NCBI GenBank assembly: GCA_030704615.1
Contig: CM060731.1
Location: forward strand, 87,482,001 to 87,546,000
DNA: 64,000 nucleotides
From: Takakia lepidozioides
Lineage: Eukaryota; Plantae; Bryophyta
Direction: 5' to 3'
Of this stretch, positions 19,541 through 33,219 are shown piece by piece. The notes under the pieces were generated by a model that was not told the DNA's origin, made no database searches, and saw nothing but the letters and a program-made list of their open reading frames with translations. The position numbers and the translations under genes were made by a program. Every line of letters starts with the position of its first letter. Positions within the stretch are counted from its first letter, which is position 1.

Positions 19541-20895
19541 TTTGCAGAGCCCCCGTTTCGACATCCTCCCCCCGGTTCCCCAGCTATTCAACATCACAAG
19601 GGGAGGAGGGCCCTCACTCCCTGGTTGAGATGTTTTTGTGGGCGACTCCTATATATTTGTTCATGTACTAGTCAGAAAGCAATTTGAGATCTTAGGATCA
19701 GCAACAAGCTACCTCACTCAGATTTCTGTCCTTTCAGTTCTCATATATTGAGAAAACCACCAAAAGACGATTTTTGTCTGTAAGTCATACATCTTAAACT
19801 CTCTAGTCCTGTCATGCAGCAGTCACGCAGTGTTGTTACCAGTTGTACCGTCATTTGTTGTTTGTTGTTCATTATTGTGCCAGTGTTTGGTGTGAAGACT
19901 ACAACTTGGATAGTAGCACATCTAACTACAATGCATGCTGAGAATAAAGTTGATCTAAAGCAGTGGTTATGCAGGTCAATACCGACCAGATGTTCACAGG
20001 TTGGCCGTACAAGCCTGCCATGGTTCAAAAGCCATGATTCAGCCGGCGTAACAAGATTTTCTGGATAATGCGGCCTTCAGCCAAAAATTATGCATGCAGA
20101 GGCTAACCTCTGCATACCTCTCTCATCTTTCCTCTTTTACTCCTGTGATTTAGTATGGTTTTTGAGCCACATGGCTTGCCTTTCCCTTTTCTACATATGA
20201 CTATCTTCAAGAAAGAAACACCAGTATCTCTGCAATCTTGCACTTAACCTTGCCCTGTGAAGACAAAAATATCCTGGAACAATATGCGATAACCTTCTCT
20301 GCAACAGCAGTCTTAAACCACTCGTGTACAGTTAGCAAACCAATCAAAGAGTTGGAAGGCCCTCTTATCTAGTGTGAGCAAAACAAAAAAAGAAAAGAAA
20401 AACCATGACCTAGTTGAAGGAAGGTTTCAGCTAAATAACAGAATGGCTCAAGGGGAATGTCTTTCAGAAAAGCAAGGGAAGCCTTGTAGCTTTGCAATGG
20501 GCAAAACACAGTGGGACCAATACAAATAGCATGAAAATCACACCATATCAGGACCAGAGACCATGTAGCTGCACATTTCAACCCATACATTATCACCTTC
20601 CATAATTGAAGACAAGAGTGACTACTAAGCCTGACACCCTTGAGCTAACAACTCAGTCGATACAGTTGACAACTGAGGGCTTCCTCCACTTTCATCGATA
20701 TACTTGTATCCCTGCATTAGCCCATAAAACTACGACACAAACTGGAAGGGGACATGGAGCAGGTAGCACCTTCTTCTAGCCTGACGGAAATGCATGAATG
20801 GAATCTCCTTGCGAGAGTGCCAGCTAAAAACAAAGAAGTTCATGACCTACAATGGTACAGACTACAACAATTGAGCAGGAAAAAGCCTGTCTTTG

Positions 20896-22464
20896 TCACC
20901 TCTTCCTATAACTAGGAGGGTTCAAAGATCCATCTCTTAACAACCTGATACTCAGGCTGTTGAACCGATCCCTTGAATACTGTCTGGAAGCTTTCCGCCA
21001 GTCTGTACCTTTGCGCATCATAGAAGAAAACTCCTCGTAACTTATACGCCCATCCTTATCAGTGTCTACCTCCAGTAAAATGTCATTGACCACATCAGGC
21101 TCCTTGGGCCCCAATTCATCCCCCAATGCCTGACTTAGTTCCTCAATCTCAATGTACCCACTCCCGTTTGTGTCAAGGTGATCAAATGCAGTCCGCATAT
21201 GTTCATCATTGTCCATCCGCTGGAGGTGAATTGCTGCTGCCACGAACTCAGCATAGTTGAGGGTACCGTTTCCATTGACATCCGCTGCCTCAACCAGCAA
21301 TCGTACTTCAGCATCAGAAAGTTGAGAACCAATCTTTGAAAGACCGGCTTTAAGATCGTCAAAATTAAGGGCACCATTGCTGGCAGTTTCCATTGTTTGA
21401 AACATGTCCTTCAACCTGTCAATCTCGTCGCCTGACATATGTTCTGCAATTACCTGCAAAGCCTTTTTCTTGAGCTTATTCATAGCAGAAAATTGCTTCA
21501 GCCTTGACCTCACCGCATCCAGTGGAACATTGGGTGCTTTCTTTGCATTCTGCAACCATGGGTGATCCAGCACCTGCTGAGCGGAGTATCGAGCTCTTGG
21601 ATCCGGTTCCAGCATATGCCGCACTAGTGACTTTGCAGTATCAGAAACCTTTGGCCAAGGGTCCCTCTTAAAGTCCAAAATACCACGAAGAATGGCTTGA
21701 GCAACGCCTTGCTCAGTTTCAGCCCAGAAAGGAGGGACTCCACACAGAAGAATGTAAAGAATGACACCTGCACTCCACACGTCTACTTCGGGCCCATAGT
21801 TGCGTTTCAATACCTCTGGCGCCATGTAGAAGGGGCTACCTACAATCTCGGAAAACCTCTCCCCTGGCTTGAAGAAAACAGAGAGCCCAAAATCAATGGC
21901 CTTAAGTGGGGAGGTTTCTTTCTTGTTGGCGAATAGAAAGTTCTCGGGCTTAAGGTCCCTGTGCATAACCCCTTGTTTATGACAGAGCTGCACGACTTCA
22001 ACAATTGTGCGGGTGACAAAAGCAGCCGCCCGTTCAGTGTAATGACCTCGCGCAATGATCCTGTCAAATAGCTCCCCACCTTCACAGAGCTCCATCACAA
22101 GATGAACCGCATCATCGTCTTCGAACACACCCTTGAGGGTTACAATATTAGGATGCTGTGGCAGATGGTGCATGATAGCCACCTCCCGACGGACATCCTC
22201 CACATCGACCGCAGTCCTTAACTTGCGTTTCGAGATAGACTTACATGCCAGCAGCTCCTCACTTTCCTTGTCTGTACACAAGTATGTGATGCCAAACTCA
22301 CCACGCCCCAGCTCCCTCCCTAGCACATACTTCTCCGTGATCTTCGCCTTCGACTGGTTCTTTAGTATCTGAGTACCAGGAGTCTGATAGCCAGGCTGAG
22401 CGAATGGATTAGGCCTGCGCTCCTTCGCAGTTGCCGTCGACGTACAACCGCAACAGTTCCCCAT
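20896..22464 (-). CDS. CPK: Calcium-dependent protein kinase, group III-like, intronless, 522 aa
   Basis: MGNCCGC acylation motif at the ATG at 22464. Kinase motifs [28 protein letters not shown]. Junction [16 protein letters not shown]. Four EF-hand positions, the first degenerate. C-terminal [19 protein letters not shown] is typical of group III. No stops or introns. Confidence 0.97.
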   Translation of the reverse strand: MGNCCGCTSTATAKERRPNPFAQPGYQTPGTQILKNQSKAKITEKYVLGRELGRGEFGITYLCTDKESEELLACKSISKRKLRTAVDVEDVRREVAIMHHLPQHPNIVTLKGVFEDDDAVHLVMELCEGGELFDRIIARGHYTERAAAFVTRTIVEVVQLCHKQGVMHRDLKPENFLFANKKETSPLKAIDFGLSVFFKPGERFSEIVGSPFYMAPEVLKRNYGPEVDVWSAGVILYILLCGVPPFWAETEQGVAQAILRGILDFKRDPWPKVSDTAKSLVRHMLEPDPRARYSAQQVLDHPWLQNAKKAPNVPLDAVRSRLKQFSAMNKLKKKALQVIAEHMSGDEIDRLKDMFQTMETASNGALNFDDLKAGLSKIGSQLSDAEVRLLVEAADVNGNGTLNYAEFVAAAIHLQRMDNDEHMRTAFDHLDTNGSGYIEIEELSQALGDELGPKEPDVVNDILLEVDTDKDGRISYEEFSSMMRKGTDWRKASRQYSRDRFNSLSIRLLRDGSLNPPSYRKR

Positions 22465-23249
22465 TGCTTTTTGGCTTGTTCTATACCTCACGCAAATTCA
22501 TTTGAGGCAAAACGATGTCTGGCCTGCTAACATAAGACTCCCACTGATCTGCAAGCCTCCAAAGATCTCACCTAAACTGACTCACCGTGCATCAAGTCAA
22601 TAAAGCCCACCAAGTCACAAATCCTTGAAGCGGGCAAAAATAAGTGAAACCATACGCTCAACCCCAAGCTGTTCCAAGAAAGTTTGTCGACAGAGCTCGT
22701 TTCCCAACGGACATGAAGGACATCATGCAAGCCAGTGGTGAAACCTCAAAAAACAGCTGAGTGTCCTTAAATCCCCACAACAACATCAACCCGCCGAGGA
22801 TCCTCTCTCAAATTCTTCTCGCTGCCTCCAGCCACCAAGTTGGATTCCACCCACGGGATACATCCAGGGGGAGGGACGGTCTCCCACCCAGATCCCGCTC
22901 TCTTACCCAAATCTGTACGCAAGCTTGGAGGGCGCTGAGGGCATCGCTGAGCTTGTCGACAAACCCACAATTGAATGTTGCCGTGCCCCCATCCCCATCC
23001 CCATCCCCAACATGTATGCATGCATCACCTCAATTATAGGGCCCCCATAAAAGCTATTATTTTTCGATTTAGTTTTTTTGAGAGATGTATGACAACCGTA
23101 CATTTTCCGTCCCCGACGACCCTGACCGGACTTGACCCGGGCACTTCTCAACCTTGACTTGTACCACTAATTTAAATAAATAATAATATTTTAAATCCAT
23201 GCCTGCCAAAAAAGGATATTTTAATTTCGGATAAAACTTGTTTAGGCTA

Positions 23250-23707
23250 CCATAGTCGGCAGGCTGATCCTGCAGTGAAGTGCCGAATATTTATTTTCTT
23301 TACAACAAAACACTCCCGCATAACTTAAGGAAATTTCTAGATTTTACGGCAATGCCAAGAGGAGATTTTAAGTAATTCGGCGGTGACTCCCAGCATGAAC
23401 TTGCTCTATCTACTGTACCAGATGCGGTAAACGAATCATGTGGGTTGTTAAGAGCCATGAGAGCATCTGGTCAATCAGTAAATGCAGTGATTGTTCAGCC
23501 AATTATTCTAGGATTTCTCAGAGCTAAAGCACCACAAGCTCTAGGAAAATATTTTGTGCCTTGAAACATCTTTGAGTAGTTTGTTTGAGATTTTAGGCAT
23601 TTTTTATGAAATTTCTGAAATTTCGACAGTTTTTTCTAAATTTTCACTTATTTATTAGGCATGTTCATTTGTAATTATTTACTGCCGAATCAGCTTGCCG
23701 ACTAAGG
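23250..23707. mobile_element. MITE with ~28-bp TIRs and TA target duplication (Tc1/mariner, Stowaway-like)
   Basis: ta|CCATAGTCGGCAGGCTGATCCTGCAGT ... ACTGCCGAATCAGCTTGCCGACTAAGG|ta, with an AT-rich non-coding interior. Confidence 0.7.
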
Positions 23708-25159
23708 TATTGTTATGTATGTCAGATAGAGGCGGTGGCAGGTGCATGGCATGAGATGAGGATGGGTCATGGAGGCTTGAACGTGATCGCATCAAAAGTC
23801 TGACCGCGTGTTAGCTTGCCACGTGTAAAAATGGGTGAACTGTACTCTTCCCCGGAGTAATGGAGGGTCCCTTCCCTCCATCCTCTCTCGCAGGTGTGCG
23901 GAGGCCTATTGGGAGGAGGCTCTGTCAGTGTGTCCACTTTCTCTGGATCGCTTTGCTTCACTTGTGTACACTGTACACCAGTGCTTTGGTGCTCCATCGC
24001 CTTGGCCCTTGCTTATGAGAAGTTTGCTATCTGTAGCCCGACCTGCTGCCTGCTTACTTTGGACTCGAAAAGTGATGTATGTAGCTGTTATCTTGATCTA
24101 CGGGAGTCCTAATTACTAAATATGCCTGCCCCTCCACCCATATCTGTTGGGGCATTGTCCAAGGTTTACTTATATGACACGGAAAGTGGAGCTCGTCACT
24201 GTTAGAGTCAGTACTCGTACATACTCAGTAGAGCACCTCAAGCAAGAAATACACAAGGAACACATTCATTGCATGCTTGCAATGAGTTGTCGTTCATTTT
24301 TCAATCGTTCAGTCCTCCGAAGCGAAAACGGAGGAGGCCGGCATCAGGTAACTCGTGTTCAACTTGTTCTTATTGATTAGCTTTGTCATCATGCATTTTT
24401 CACCGAAAGCTATGTACTCTTCACGATGGAGTTGTGCCTAATTTGAAGCTGATTGTCATGATCATACTCTCTCAAGAAATTACGATGAAGATGAGCCTAA
24501 GATCGTAGCAAGGCAATACCATAATCAGTTAATGCCCACGCTCATTTTCAGTCAAATCCCTCCGAGGAGTCTAAGACCTTAACCAGTCAGTAGCTCGGTT
24601 GGTTACCTAGTGCACTGAGTGCCACCCAGATACTTGACGAGTGTACTGTGTGATATACTCTTCTCCCCCCCTTCCCTTGGGCGGTGTCCCATTTCTAGGC
24701 CTTCATGGCGAGGTGCCTTCATGGCGAGGTTAATGTGAAAGAGGTTCTTTTCTCCTCTCACTATCATTAAGGGGCCTGATTTGTGAGCTGTCGCTCCCAG
24801 GTGTTTCCCTTTATAATATTGTTTTTAAAAAAAAACCCTAATAAAACATCACTATACATATGTCCAGTTCATTTTGACTCACATTGAAAGGAGCCAACCA
24901 CTATTTCTGCACATCGCTATCCATTTTCCAGCGCCAAAGTGGTGAGCTCCATGAGGGGTTATCATTCTCTCTCTCTCCAGCCTACTGTAGGACTTCAAAT
25001 TTAAGAGTTTTTCTTTTTCTTTTTTTTAAAATGAAGGGGACGGAGGTCCTTAAAGGGAATCATTCTGATCAAATAACCCAGGAGCAATTTTTGCTACCTT
25101 ATCCGAATCGGGAGAACTGCACTGATAGGAACATTCACTGCAGCCTCCTTGTGTGGGAG

Positions 25160-25341
25160 TATATATATATATATAGACACCTCCCGAAAGGGAGCATAAA
25201 TTATGGTGTCTCTTCACAGCAAGGGCTATTGCCTTCCAGCTGAAAGGTGGACACCTTCATGACACACCAAACCGTGGTTTGAACCCACAACCACATCCAA
25301 CGTGGTATGTGCCCATTACCACTGGGCTACATGCTGGTTGT
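25160..25341 (-). mobile_element. tRNA-derived SINE-like element, copy 2, with (TA)n tail
   Basis: Reverse complement of 1057-1225, ending in a TA microsatellite at about 25160-25175. Confidence 0.7.
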
Positions 25342-25949
25342 CGTCGTGGGGAAGTAAAATAAAACTAGGGCTTCGCATTGCTCCGCACTACTAGCGACGA
25401 ATTCTGAGAACTACGTTCAATTTTCACAAAAAGGGGTGGGTCATCCCCAGGGTGTTACATACATACATCCTATATTTCATTGTTTTTCGGAAGAAGAATG
25501 GCGGAGTGTTGCCGAAGCTATCATGTCATGTCTCTATATTTCATTTCATTCATTGTCTAATGCAACTACCTCTATCTATGCCCAAGAAGTGAGGGGGAGT
25601 TGAACCCCCTTTTCTACCCACTATGCAGACACTTCCACACGTGATGAGATGCCCTCAAATCCACTCACACTTGACAGCAGCGAGGCAGCAGAATCAGAGT
25701 GTTCTGGAGGACTATGCATCAACAAATGCTTCAGAACCTGCAGGAACAAAAACTAAAGTTACAATCTGGACCCTAGAGAGAGATAACGAGAAAAACCAGT
25801 AGATCCACAACAGCACAAAGAGGAAACAAGAACCCCAACCCTTCGCGCAACAATCGAGCATCGCACCACGGCTCGCTACAAATCCTTCTGATGACAGTGC
25901 CCTCACAGCCAAAGGAGGAGCAGTAAGTATATCCTCCTCTCATTATTCA

Positions 25950-26930
25950 TCCCTTAATTGGGTGTAATTTCATTGATAGTAATTGAACCAACATGACGGA
26001 CCAAAAGCTTCATTTTGGGGATGTTGGACGGTTCCTGGAAGCAAGAGAAAAAGACCTCTATTTCTTGACGGGGATTTCATGAGAGGTTTTCGACTTGTTT
26101 GAGATTGGCAGCTCAAGTAGTTATCCCCAACCTCGAACTCTAACACGCACAAACCGATGTTATGGTGTGAGGGAGTCAAGCCGCATCAATCAATAACAAC
26201 ATCTTTACAATCACTATATGAACTTTCAAGCAGCCACCATGGGATTGGATCTTGGTGGGTTAAGGCTAGCTTTTGACAATGTTCATGCAAGTTCGTCAAG
26301 GGCTCCATCCAAAGCCACACCACGAGAAACAAACAAACATGTCCAAATTTAAGATGCTGAACAAACTTGTGCACAAGGCTGCCCCTCTCATCAAGCTCAT
26401 TAAAATTTGTATTCACTTCCATCTTTACGCTTTGGAGAAGCTCCACCACCCAAACTCAGAATTAGGACAACACTCTGATTTCCATCCACTGTCACCAGAA
26501 TCAATCAAAAATCACCCCTTCAGTCAAGTGCAATTATGGGTTGACTTCCCACCTATGCTGGGTAGACCCCACTATCATTTCCTGTGGATTTATGCCAAGA
26601 AATGCACTCAACAGTACATCATGGTCAATATTCTCGGGAAATGGTGGATGGGCTGAGTAGCTACAGAGATCAATGAATGAAGCAAGACGCTCGCATCTTT
26701 CCAAGAAAACATCATTTCACCAGTAATCAACCACAAGAACAAATCCCATCTTCAAAGTGGTGAAAGGGGTTAGCGTCCCGTACAACAATTGCTCGGCAGA
26801 GATGAATTTGGTGGAGGTGTGGCAGTCATCACACACTCGAAGATTCTTGATGAGACAGAGAGGCCGTTAGGGGTCACTGATCAGCCCAAAACCAATGGTC
26901 AGCTTCTCACTGTGGTGGCAAAGAGAAAAT
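25950..26930 (-). mobile_element. Highly degenerate Gypsy pol (integrase region) remnant
   Basis: Residual LEFEVGD, DGNQS (cf. DGQSE) and W..PL-like motifs, with many stops. Confidence 0.4.
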
Positions 26931-26989
26931 TCATTTTCTTCCTCCCCACATCATGCAATACAAACCGTGTGTCAGGCACATACCCCGCC

Positions 26990-29900
26990 TCCAGGTGTTG
27001 AGTTTTAGAATAGCCTTGGAGAGTGTTGGGTGAGGGTGGGTGGAAAATCCAAAGGTGGAAAAGGAGTGCCTGGCATTCTGTTTGGGGAATTGGGTATGGG
27101 TGGGCAGTGTGGGGAGAAAAGGGGCGAAGTGAATAAGGGATATGCTGTTTGGGCAGAAGTGGAGTGCATATCTGTTCTGTTGGTCGGCTGACAGTTGCCT
27201 GGTGATGTCATCTATGGAGGTAGGACCTGGGTTGGGGTGGATGTCTTTGCACCTGAGCAAGGTGAAAGTGATACAGAGGTTGCGGTACATGGTGTCGGGC
27301 GAGGTAGGATGGTGAAGTTGATGTTTGGATGTTACGGGGAGATAGCGATAGTGCCCATGAGGGCAATGGGTAATGAGGTGATATTTTTTAAGTAATTCAG
27401 CGTGTGGTCGTGTGGTGTGGGAGGGTAGAAGTGGTCGTGATGTGGTATAATTATATGCGGTGTGAAATGGTCTCAGAGGTGAGGGTGGAGCTAGTGTGTG
27501 GGAAGTGAGGGGGTTGGTGTAATGGGAGATGAAAGAGGGGAGTGTCTGGTGTGGCGTGGAGAGCCCAATGGAAGTATTGTAGTATTTGTGAGGGGGTGGA
27601 GACCACATGTGGGAGCCATGCAGAACGACCATCCCACCATGCATGTGGTAGGGATTAATGGGGGGTAGGGTCAATCTCATGGGTCGGTGGTAAGGGTATT
27701 GTACATCTGGTATGGGAACGGGAGCCAAATAGGAGGTCTTTAAGGGAGTGCTTGGTATGGTGTCCCTGGTATATAAATAAAACGGTGGGGTTGGGTTACG
27801 GATGTTATGTAGGCTATAAATAAGTTGAGTGTTGTACGTAAAAGTTATGGTTGCAGCATAGTATCGAGGAGGGGTAGAAGTTAATATGAAGTTGGGGGTT
27901 ATGGGTAGTGTGGTGGTGTGAGTATTGTAAAATATGGGGATGAATAGTAAGGGATGGTGAGTTTGAAAATTACAGTATTGATAGTTACATGTGATGGTCC
28001 GGGCACTAGGTATTATATTATGAGGGATGAAAATGGGGGTAATATAAATAATTGTCCTAGTCTGGGCAGAAAATATGGGTGTTTTGGGATAATAATTGGG
28101 TGCGGTGGGGTTTGGAATTAATTTAGGTGTAGTGTTTGGTTCTTTTATTGGTGCGGACATTGAATGGAAGTGTGTGGTAGAGTAGGGTATTATCAAGCCT
28201 AGAACATAGTCTAAAGTGTTGGAGTTAGGTGAATGGAGTAGGGCTTTGACGGGGTAGCTGTGGGGTTAGCTGTGGGGTGTCCAGTGGTGTGGGTGGCAGT
28301 ATGAATACTGGATGAAAGTAGGATGAAAATGGAATCTAGTGAGCAGTGGAGCATTCGTGGGTGATGCAGTATTATAGCGTTATTATTATTAATTCTTCCC
28401 ATTTGCAACGGTGGGCAGAAAAAACCAGGTGTCATGTGGGGGGGTACTTTATATTGGAAAGAGCCATTGGATGTATTTAATTTGGGCCGTTTGTAGTATG
28501 GGCCGTTTGTAGAACATTCGTTGTGGGTATTTATTTGGAAAATAGATAAATGAGAGGAGTGTGTGGAGTTGGGGTGGGGGGTAGTGAACATTGGTTTATG
28601 AATCATGCCAGTGAGGATATAGTGTTGGGATAGAACGATAGGCCAGAGCCTTGAATTGGCGTTGAAACAGGATAGGCAAGAGTAAATGGAGTGATCAAGA
28701 AATACAGCATGATACACTTGAGACAGTAGCACAATATCTGACATGTCTATGGTCTGGATAATGATGAAACTGATAAAGATTGGAGGCGATTCTTCGCATC
28801 TGTTTGGTGAGTGTGAAGGAGCCAATATTGTTGGTATTGTACATGTGCATGGTGGTGGACAGGTACTCCTCCAGTTGTAGTAAAGAGTGTGTCTAGTCGT
28901 AATGCTTGAAAATAAGACTGGTTGGGGAAGAGGCTTGGTGTCATGGTGTCGCCAGGCAGCCAGCATTGGTATGAAATCTGCACATGTAGGGAGCACCTGG
29001 TAAGTATGTTGCTGGCTGGGGATGGGGACCTGCCAGTAGAGATGCAGCAGCAAGGAAAAAATAGTAAGTATAAAGGGAGTATGGTGGAGTGAAAGGCAGG
29101 GCGCAGCATATGAGGTGGTTTGCAAAGTATGGCAAAGCATATAGATTGGCATGTATGGTATACGGGGTTTAGAGGGGGTAAATAAAGTGGGAACTGAGTG
29201 TGAAGTAGGGTAATGGGGGGAAGAGCCAGAGTATACATCAGATCCAGTTCCGTAAGGAGTAGTTATATCATTAAGGATCATGGGAGCACATGCATCAAAG
29301 TGGGAGGGATAATACCAGGCAGGACAGGGATGAGTACGGAAGTAACCATAAAAATAGTTGGGCCAGGCATAGGTCATGTGAGTATAAAGGCTTTTTACTG
29401 CCGTTGAATTGGACACATTGGGGCAGAAATTATGGGTGCAAATAGAGCATGGGGGTGGGGAAGGTAAATACCTGTAAGTAGCGGGCAATGAGTTGAGACG
29501 AATACCAGACCAGGGGGGAGGTAGAGCCCAATGATAAGGCAGGAAGGCCACAGTGGTCACGCTAGTGTAGTGGGGGTTTAGGGGGTGAACTAACCTGTTG
29601 TGTTGTGTGTTGCCAGTGTGGTGACCTTGGCGGATTGGGTGTGAGCCTGATAGAGGTGGGTGAACATGGGGGGCAGGAAGCCTGCTGGGATGAAGCAGCC
29701 ATTGTGGGGTGGAGAACATTAGCGGGTCGCTGGTCTGTTGCAAAGCTGCATGTGCGGGATACCTGCAGTGCACCCTGTTGTGGCAACAAAACCAGGGGGC
29801 AATATTGTGAGTCCATGCAGAGGTATAGGGAGAACAGATGAGGCAGTATCTTGCATAGCAAGGCAAAAACAAGAGTTAAGTTGGTGATTAAATATAAGAA

Positions 29901-31330
29901 CAGTGGCCGTATCAGGTTGGGTATTGAAATAAGGGTAAAGCACATAGGGCCCTTTTTGGATGGGTTTCTGAGTGGGGAACCGGTGGTAGAAAAGGAGAGG
30001 ATATGGAGCATCCGACACTTTGACAGCTGAGCATTGGGGTATCTGATGAGCTGCATCAATGACACATAAAGCATGGTTGGTGTCCAGCCAGTGAGAGTGT
30101 AGGGGAGCATGAACGGGGAACATGGGTAGAGTAGTATAGGGTGGCTGGTAGAACAGTCTGATTGTTGAGATAGAGGATGATTGGGGTGTAGGGATAATCT
30201 TGCTCTTCAAAGAAACATAACCCTGGGTTGAGGATGTGGATGGGAAGAAGGGGGGTAGAGACATTACCCTCCAGGTAGCATGCTTACATCGAGGGATTGG
30301 GGCAGAGTGATTGATTACCCAGGATGTCATATTCTTTGCAGCTATTGCAGTACAAGGTCGGGCAAGTAGCACTTCAGGGGGGGAGAACCAGCAGCGGAGT
30401 ACAGGCAACAGCTTTCTCCAGTGCCAGCAGAATCGCATACCGCCAGCAGGCGGGGTAGGCAGATCGCTGATGTTACTGACATGAGCCGATTTGGTACTTA
30501 AATTGATCCAGCAAGGTAGAGAGGGGGGCAGATATGAGGGCCTACGATTGGATCTCCCACTGGTTGAAGTCAATTGATGGGCATGTTGGGAGACAGTACC
30601 TGGGGCCGAGAATTGTTGAGGGGTGGGAGGGTTGTACCAGTGACTTATGGGCCTACTGGCAAGGTGCTTGCTGTAGTAGATTGCAGATTGCACCAGTGTG
30701 GGACGCATGATGTGGAGTGTGTGTGAGGGAACCTGCCAACACATACACAGTGAGAGAGCATCCTGACTAACAAGGGGATGGGGGGGACCATAGTATGAAC
30801 AGAAAGGGGACGTGAAGAGAGTGTAATTGGTACATAGAGGATTGCACAGTCCATGGGTGGGGAGGTGATAGGTAGAGGCGATGGTATGGAGTTGAAATGT
30901 AAAACATTGGAACATAGTCAGATTATGAACAGAGAGCATGTGTGTAAATCTTTCCACAGGGAGATGAGGGTACCTGTCCAGAAATGAGGCAAGGTGCGTT
31001 GAGCCGGTATAGCTGGCATGACAAAGAAAGTGTGAAATATGACATAAGAGAACTTGGTTGTACAAGGAAGGAATCTATGGGAAGTGACAAGGTGTTGAGG
31101 GACATGTTGGGAGACAATACCTGGGACCTGGAGTTGTTGAGGGTTGGTAAGATTGTACCAGTGACTTATGGGCCTGCTGGCAAGGTGCTTACTGTAGCAG
31201 ATTGCAGAATGCACCAATCTGGAACGCGTGATGTGGAGAGTGTGTGAGGTACCTTTCTGTTGGATTGAGATCATGGTGTTAAAGCATGTATCCAGTTGGA
31301 GTTGGATGCGCAGGCTGGGGGGGGGTTGAA
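26990..31330 (-). mobile_element. 5' portion of a long degenerate non-LTR retrotransposon
   Basis: C/A-rich coding strand with the same compositional skew as the LINE at 33.2-37.0 kb. Long Pro/His/Thr-rich ORFs ending near LLRCKDIHPNPGP (27222-27260), a motif that commonly precedes LINE endonuclease domains. Internal ~150-bp duplication (about 30580-30730 and 31100-31250). Confidence 0.55.
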
Positions 31331-32376
31331 GCGGTCCAGCTCCATCTCCTTTTGCAAAAATCCACTGATGTCAACACTGCCGGTTGATGGTTGGGCGAGC
31401 GCGGTGGGGGTGAAGCCCCCAGGCTCTCCAGGGTTGTGACGTGAGCCAAAGAGTGGGTAACACCAGATTCAAAAACGCTGAGCGCACACTCAGATACTTA
31501 GACACGGGTTGTAGCCCTGAAGTGTTGACTGTATGCTCACACCTGGGGGCAGCAGTAGCCTTGGATCGGGGGTGACGGAGGTTGTGCAGTCCGTAATGGA
31601 ACGAAACCACTTCGCGCACGAGGTGGTAGCATACGGGCCCTCGTGCAGTCTGTGACAGTGTGGACATGCTGTCTGGTGTAGAAAACCGCATATTGTTGTA
31701 TGTGAAGCTTCTCTGGCTCGTACGAAGGGTGAACCAAGCACTAGAAGTAATCGTGTCTTTTCCGAATCGACTAGGTGTCCGAAACCACTCCGGGATCAAC
31801 TTCTCAATAGGAGTTACTCCAGAGTTACTACTTGGAGAGTCGCAACGGACAAAAATGGCCCACGGGGGCATTTCAGATGGCGGATACAAGTTGGATCAAT
31901 GACACTGGAGTCGTAGCAATAATCTCAGGAATTTAATTCAATTACGTAAATAGAGAAAAATTAAAAGGCGGCAACTACAAGTGGGACTAGAAAATTACAT
32001 TTCCTATTCGCGTTACTAGAATAAAGATATTTATTGAATACGTGGAATATTAAGTCGAAATAACGACTGCATGAACCACTGCGCATTGATTGCACCCATG
32101 TTTCGGGGGCACATTTGCTGAGGTGTAAAATGATTCCTTGGGGGAATACATATTTTAATATGTAAGTTGGCTTTAGCTGGAAGGCCCTTGCTGTGTCAGA
32201 CATGGCGGGAAGGAAGAATGCGGCACAAGACAGAGCCACGGATGCGAATGCTGACTGTAGTGTTGGGGGTCTTGGTCATTTACCATTCAGACAATGTGTT
32301 GGCCAGACATAAGGGAGTCTCGCTGCACAGAGGAGGGACAGCCCAGCGGGGAGCGCAAGTGAAGGTCTAAGCAGCA

Positions 32377-33085
32377 ATGGTGAAGTTTCGGAAGCGGCAT
32401 AAGAATTTGGTCGTCCTGCAGGAATGCATTGCCGGCAGAAAAGCAGTGATCATTGTGAAAAACTGTGATGAAGGCACGAAGGACCGCGCAGTTGACCATG
32501 CCCTTATGGCTGGAAATTCCAAGTACCCCCGCAAGGTGAGGGTGTTGAAATGGGTTTTGTTCGAGGTCATATTCTGCACGCAGGGTGGAAACGTTGCTTC
32601 TGGCACTGAGCGTCTTCGCCAGAATTTCATTTGTGGCTGTTTTTCTGCCTCGCAGGTTATGAAGAAGGCGTCACAGAAGAAGATCGCAAAGACGTCAAGG
32701 CTGAAGGCGTTCATTAAGGTTGTGAACTACAATCATATCACCATAGACAGGTGTGTATTCTCGGATGTTGGCTTTGCAGAACTGGCGCCAGGTCTTCGCA
32801 AGAATTGGATGTGTAGTTGCAATTCCATTACACAGGTCGTCAAGAAGGCGTCACAGAAGAATATCACAAAGAGGTCAAGGCTGAAGGCGTTCATTAAGCT
32901 TGTGAACTACAATCATATCATGCCAAAAAGGTGTCTATTTTCTCGCATGTTGACTTTTACAGAGCAAGCGCCAGGTCTGGGCAAGAATTTCATGTGTAGT
33001 TCCAATTACATTACATAGGTTATAAAAAAGACGTCACAGAAGAAGATCGAAAAGAGGTCAAGGCTGAGATACTTCATTGACGTTC
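32377..33085 (+). pseudogene. RPL27: 60S ribosomal protein L27 (eL27) pseudogene with a triplicated exon
   Basis: MVKF...AGRKAVIIVKNCDEGTKDR...KYPRK, then intron 32536-32655, then VMKKASQKKIAKTSRLKAFIKVVNYNHI. This exon recurs at 32836-32930 and 33019-33085. The C-terminal exon is absent. Confidence 0.85.
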
Positions 33086-33219
33086 TGAAGGGGAATGCTA
33101 TATTGTGAGCCTAGAGGCGTGAGCCTGTGAGCCTGTGAGCCCAGCCAGGCTCACGGTACGGCAAACAAATATTGCGTGCATACTGCAGAGAGAGAAGACT
33201 CCGGCCGAGGCCGGCGTAA

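Noticed and set aside
22465-22491. CDPK start at 22491 as given in the ORF track
   Set aside because: That start is a GTG. The ATG at 22464 gives the canonical MGNCC myristoylation/palmitoylation N-terminus.
24581-24840. Additional SINE (A-box-like TAGCTCGGTTGG)
   Set aside because: No properly spaced B box and no second copy in the window.
31371-31902. 172-aa ORF as a host gene
   Set aside because: No recognisable motif, paralog or splice pattern to support it.
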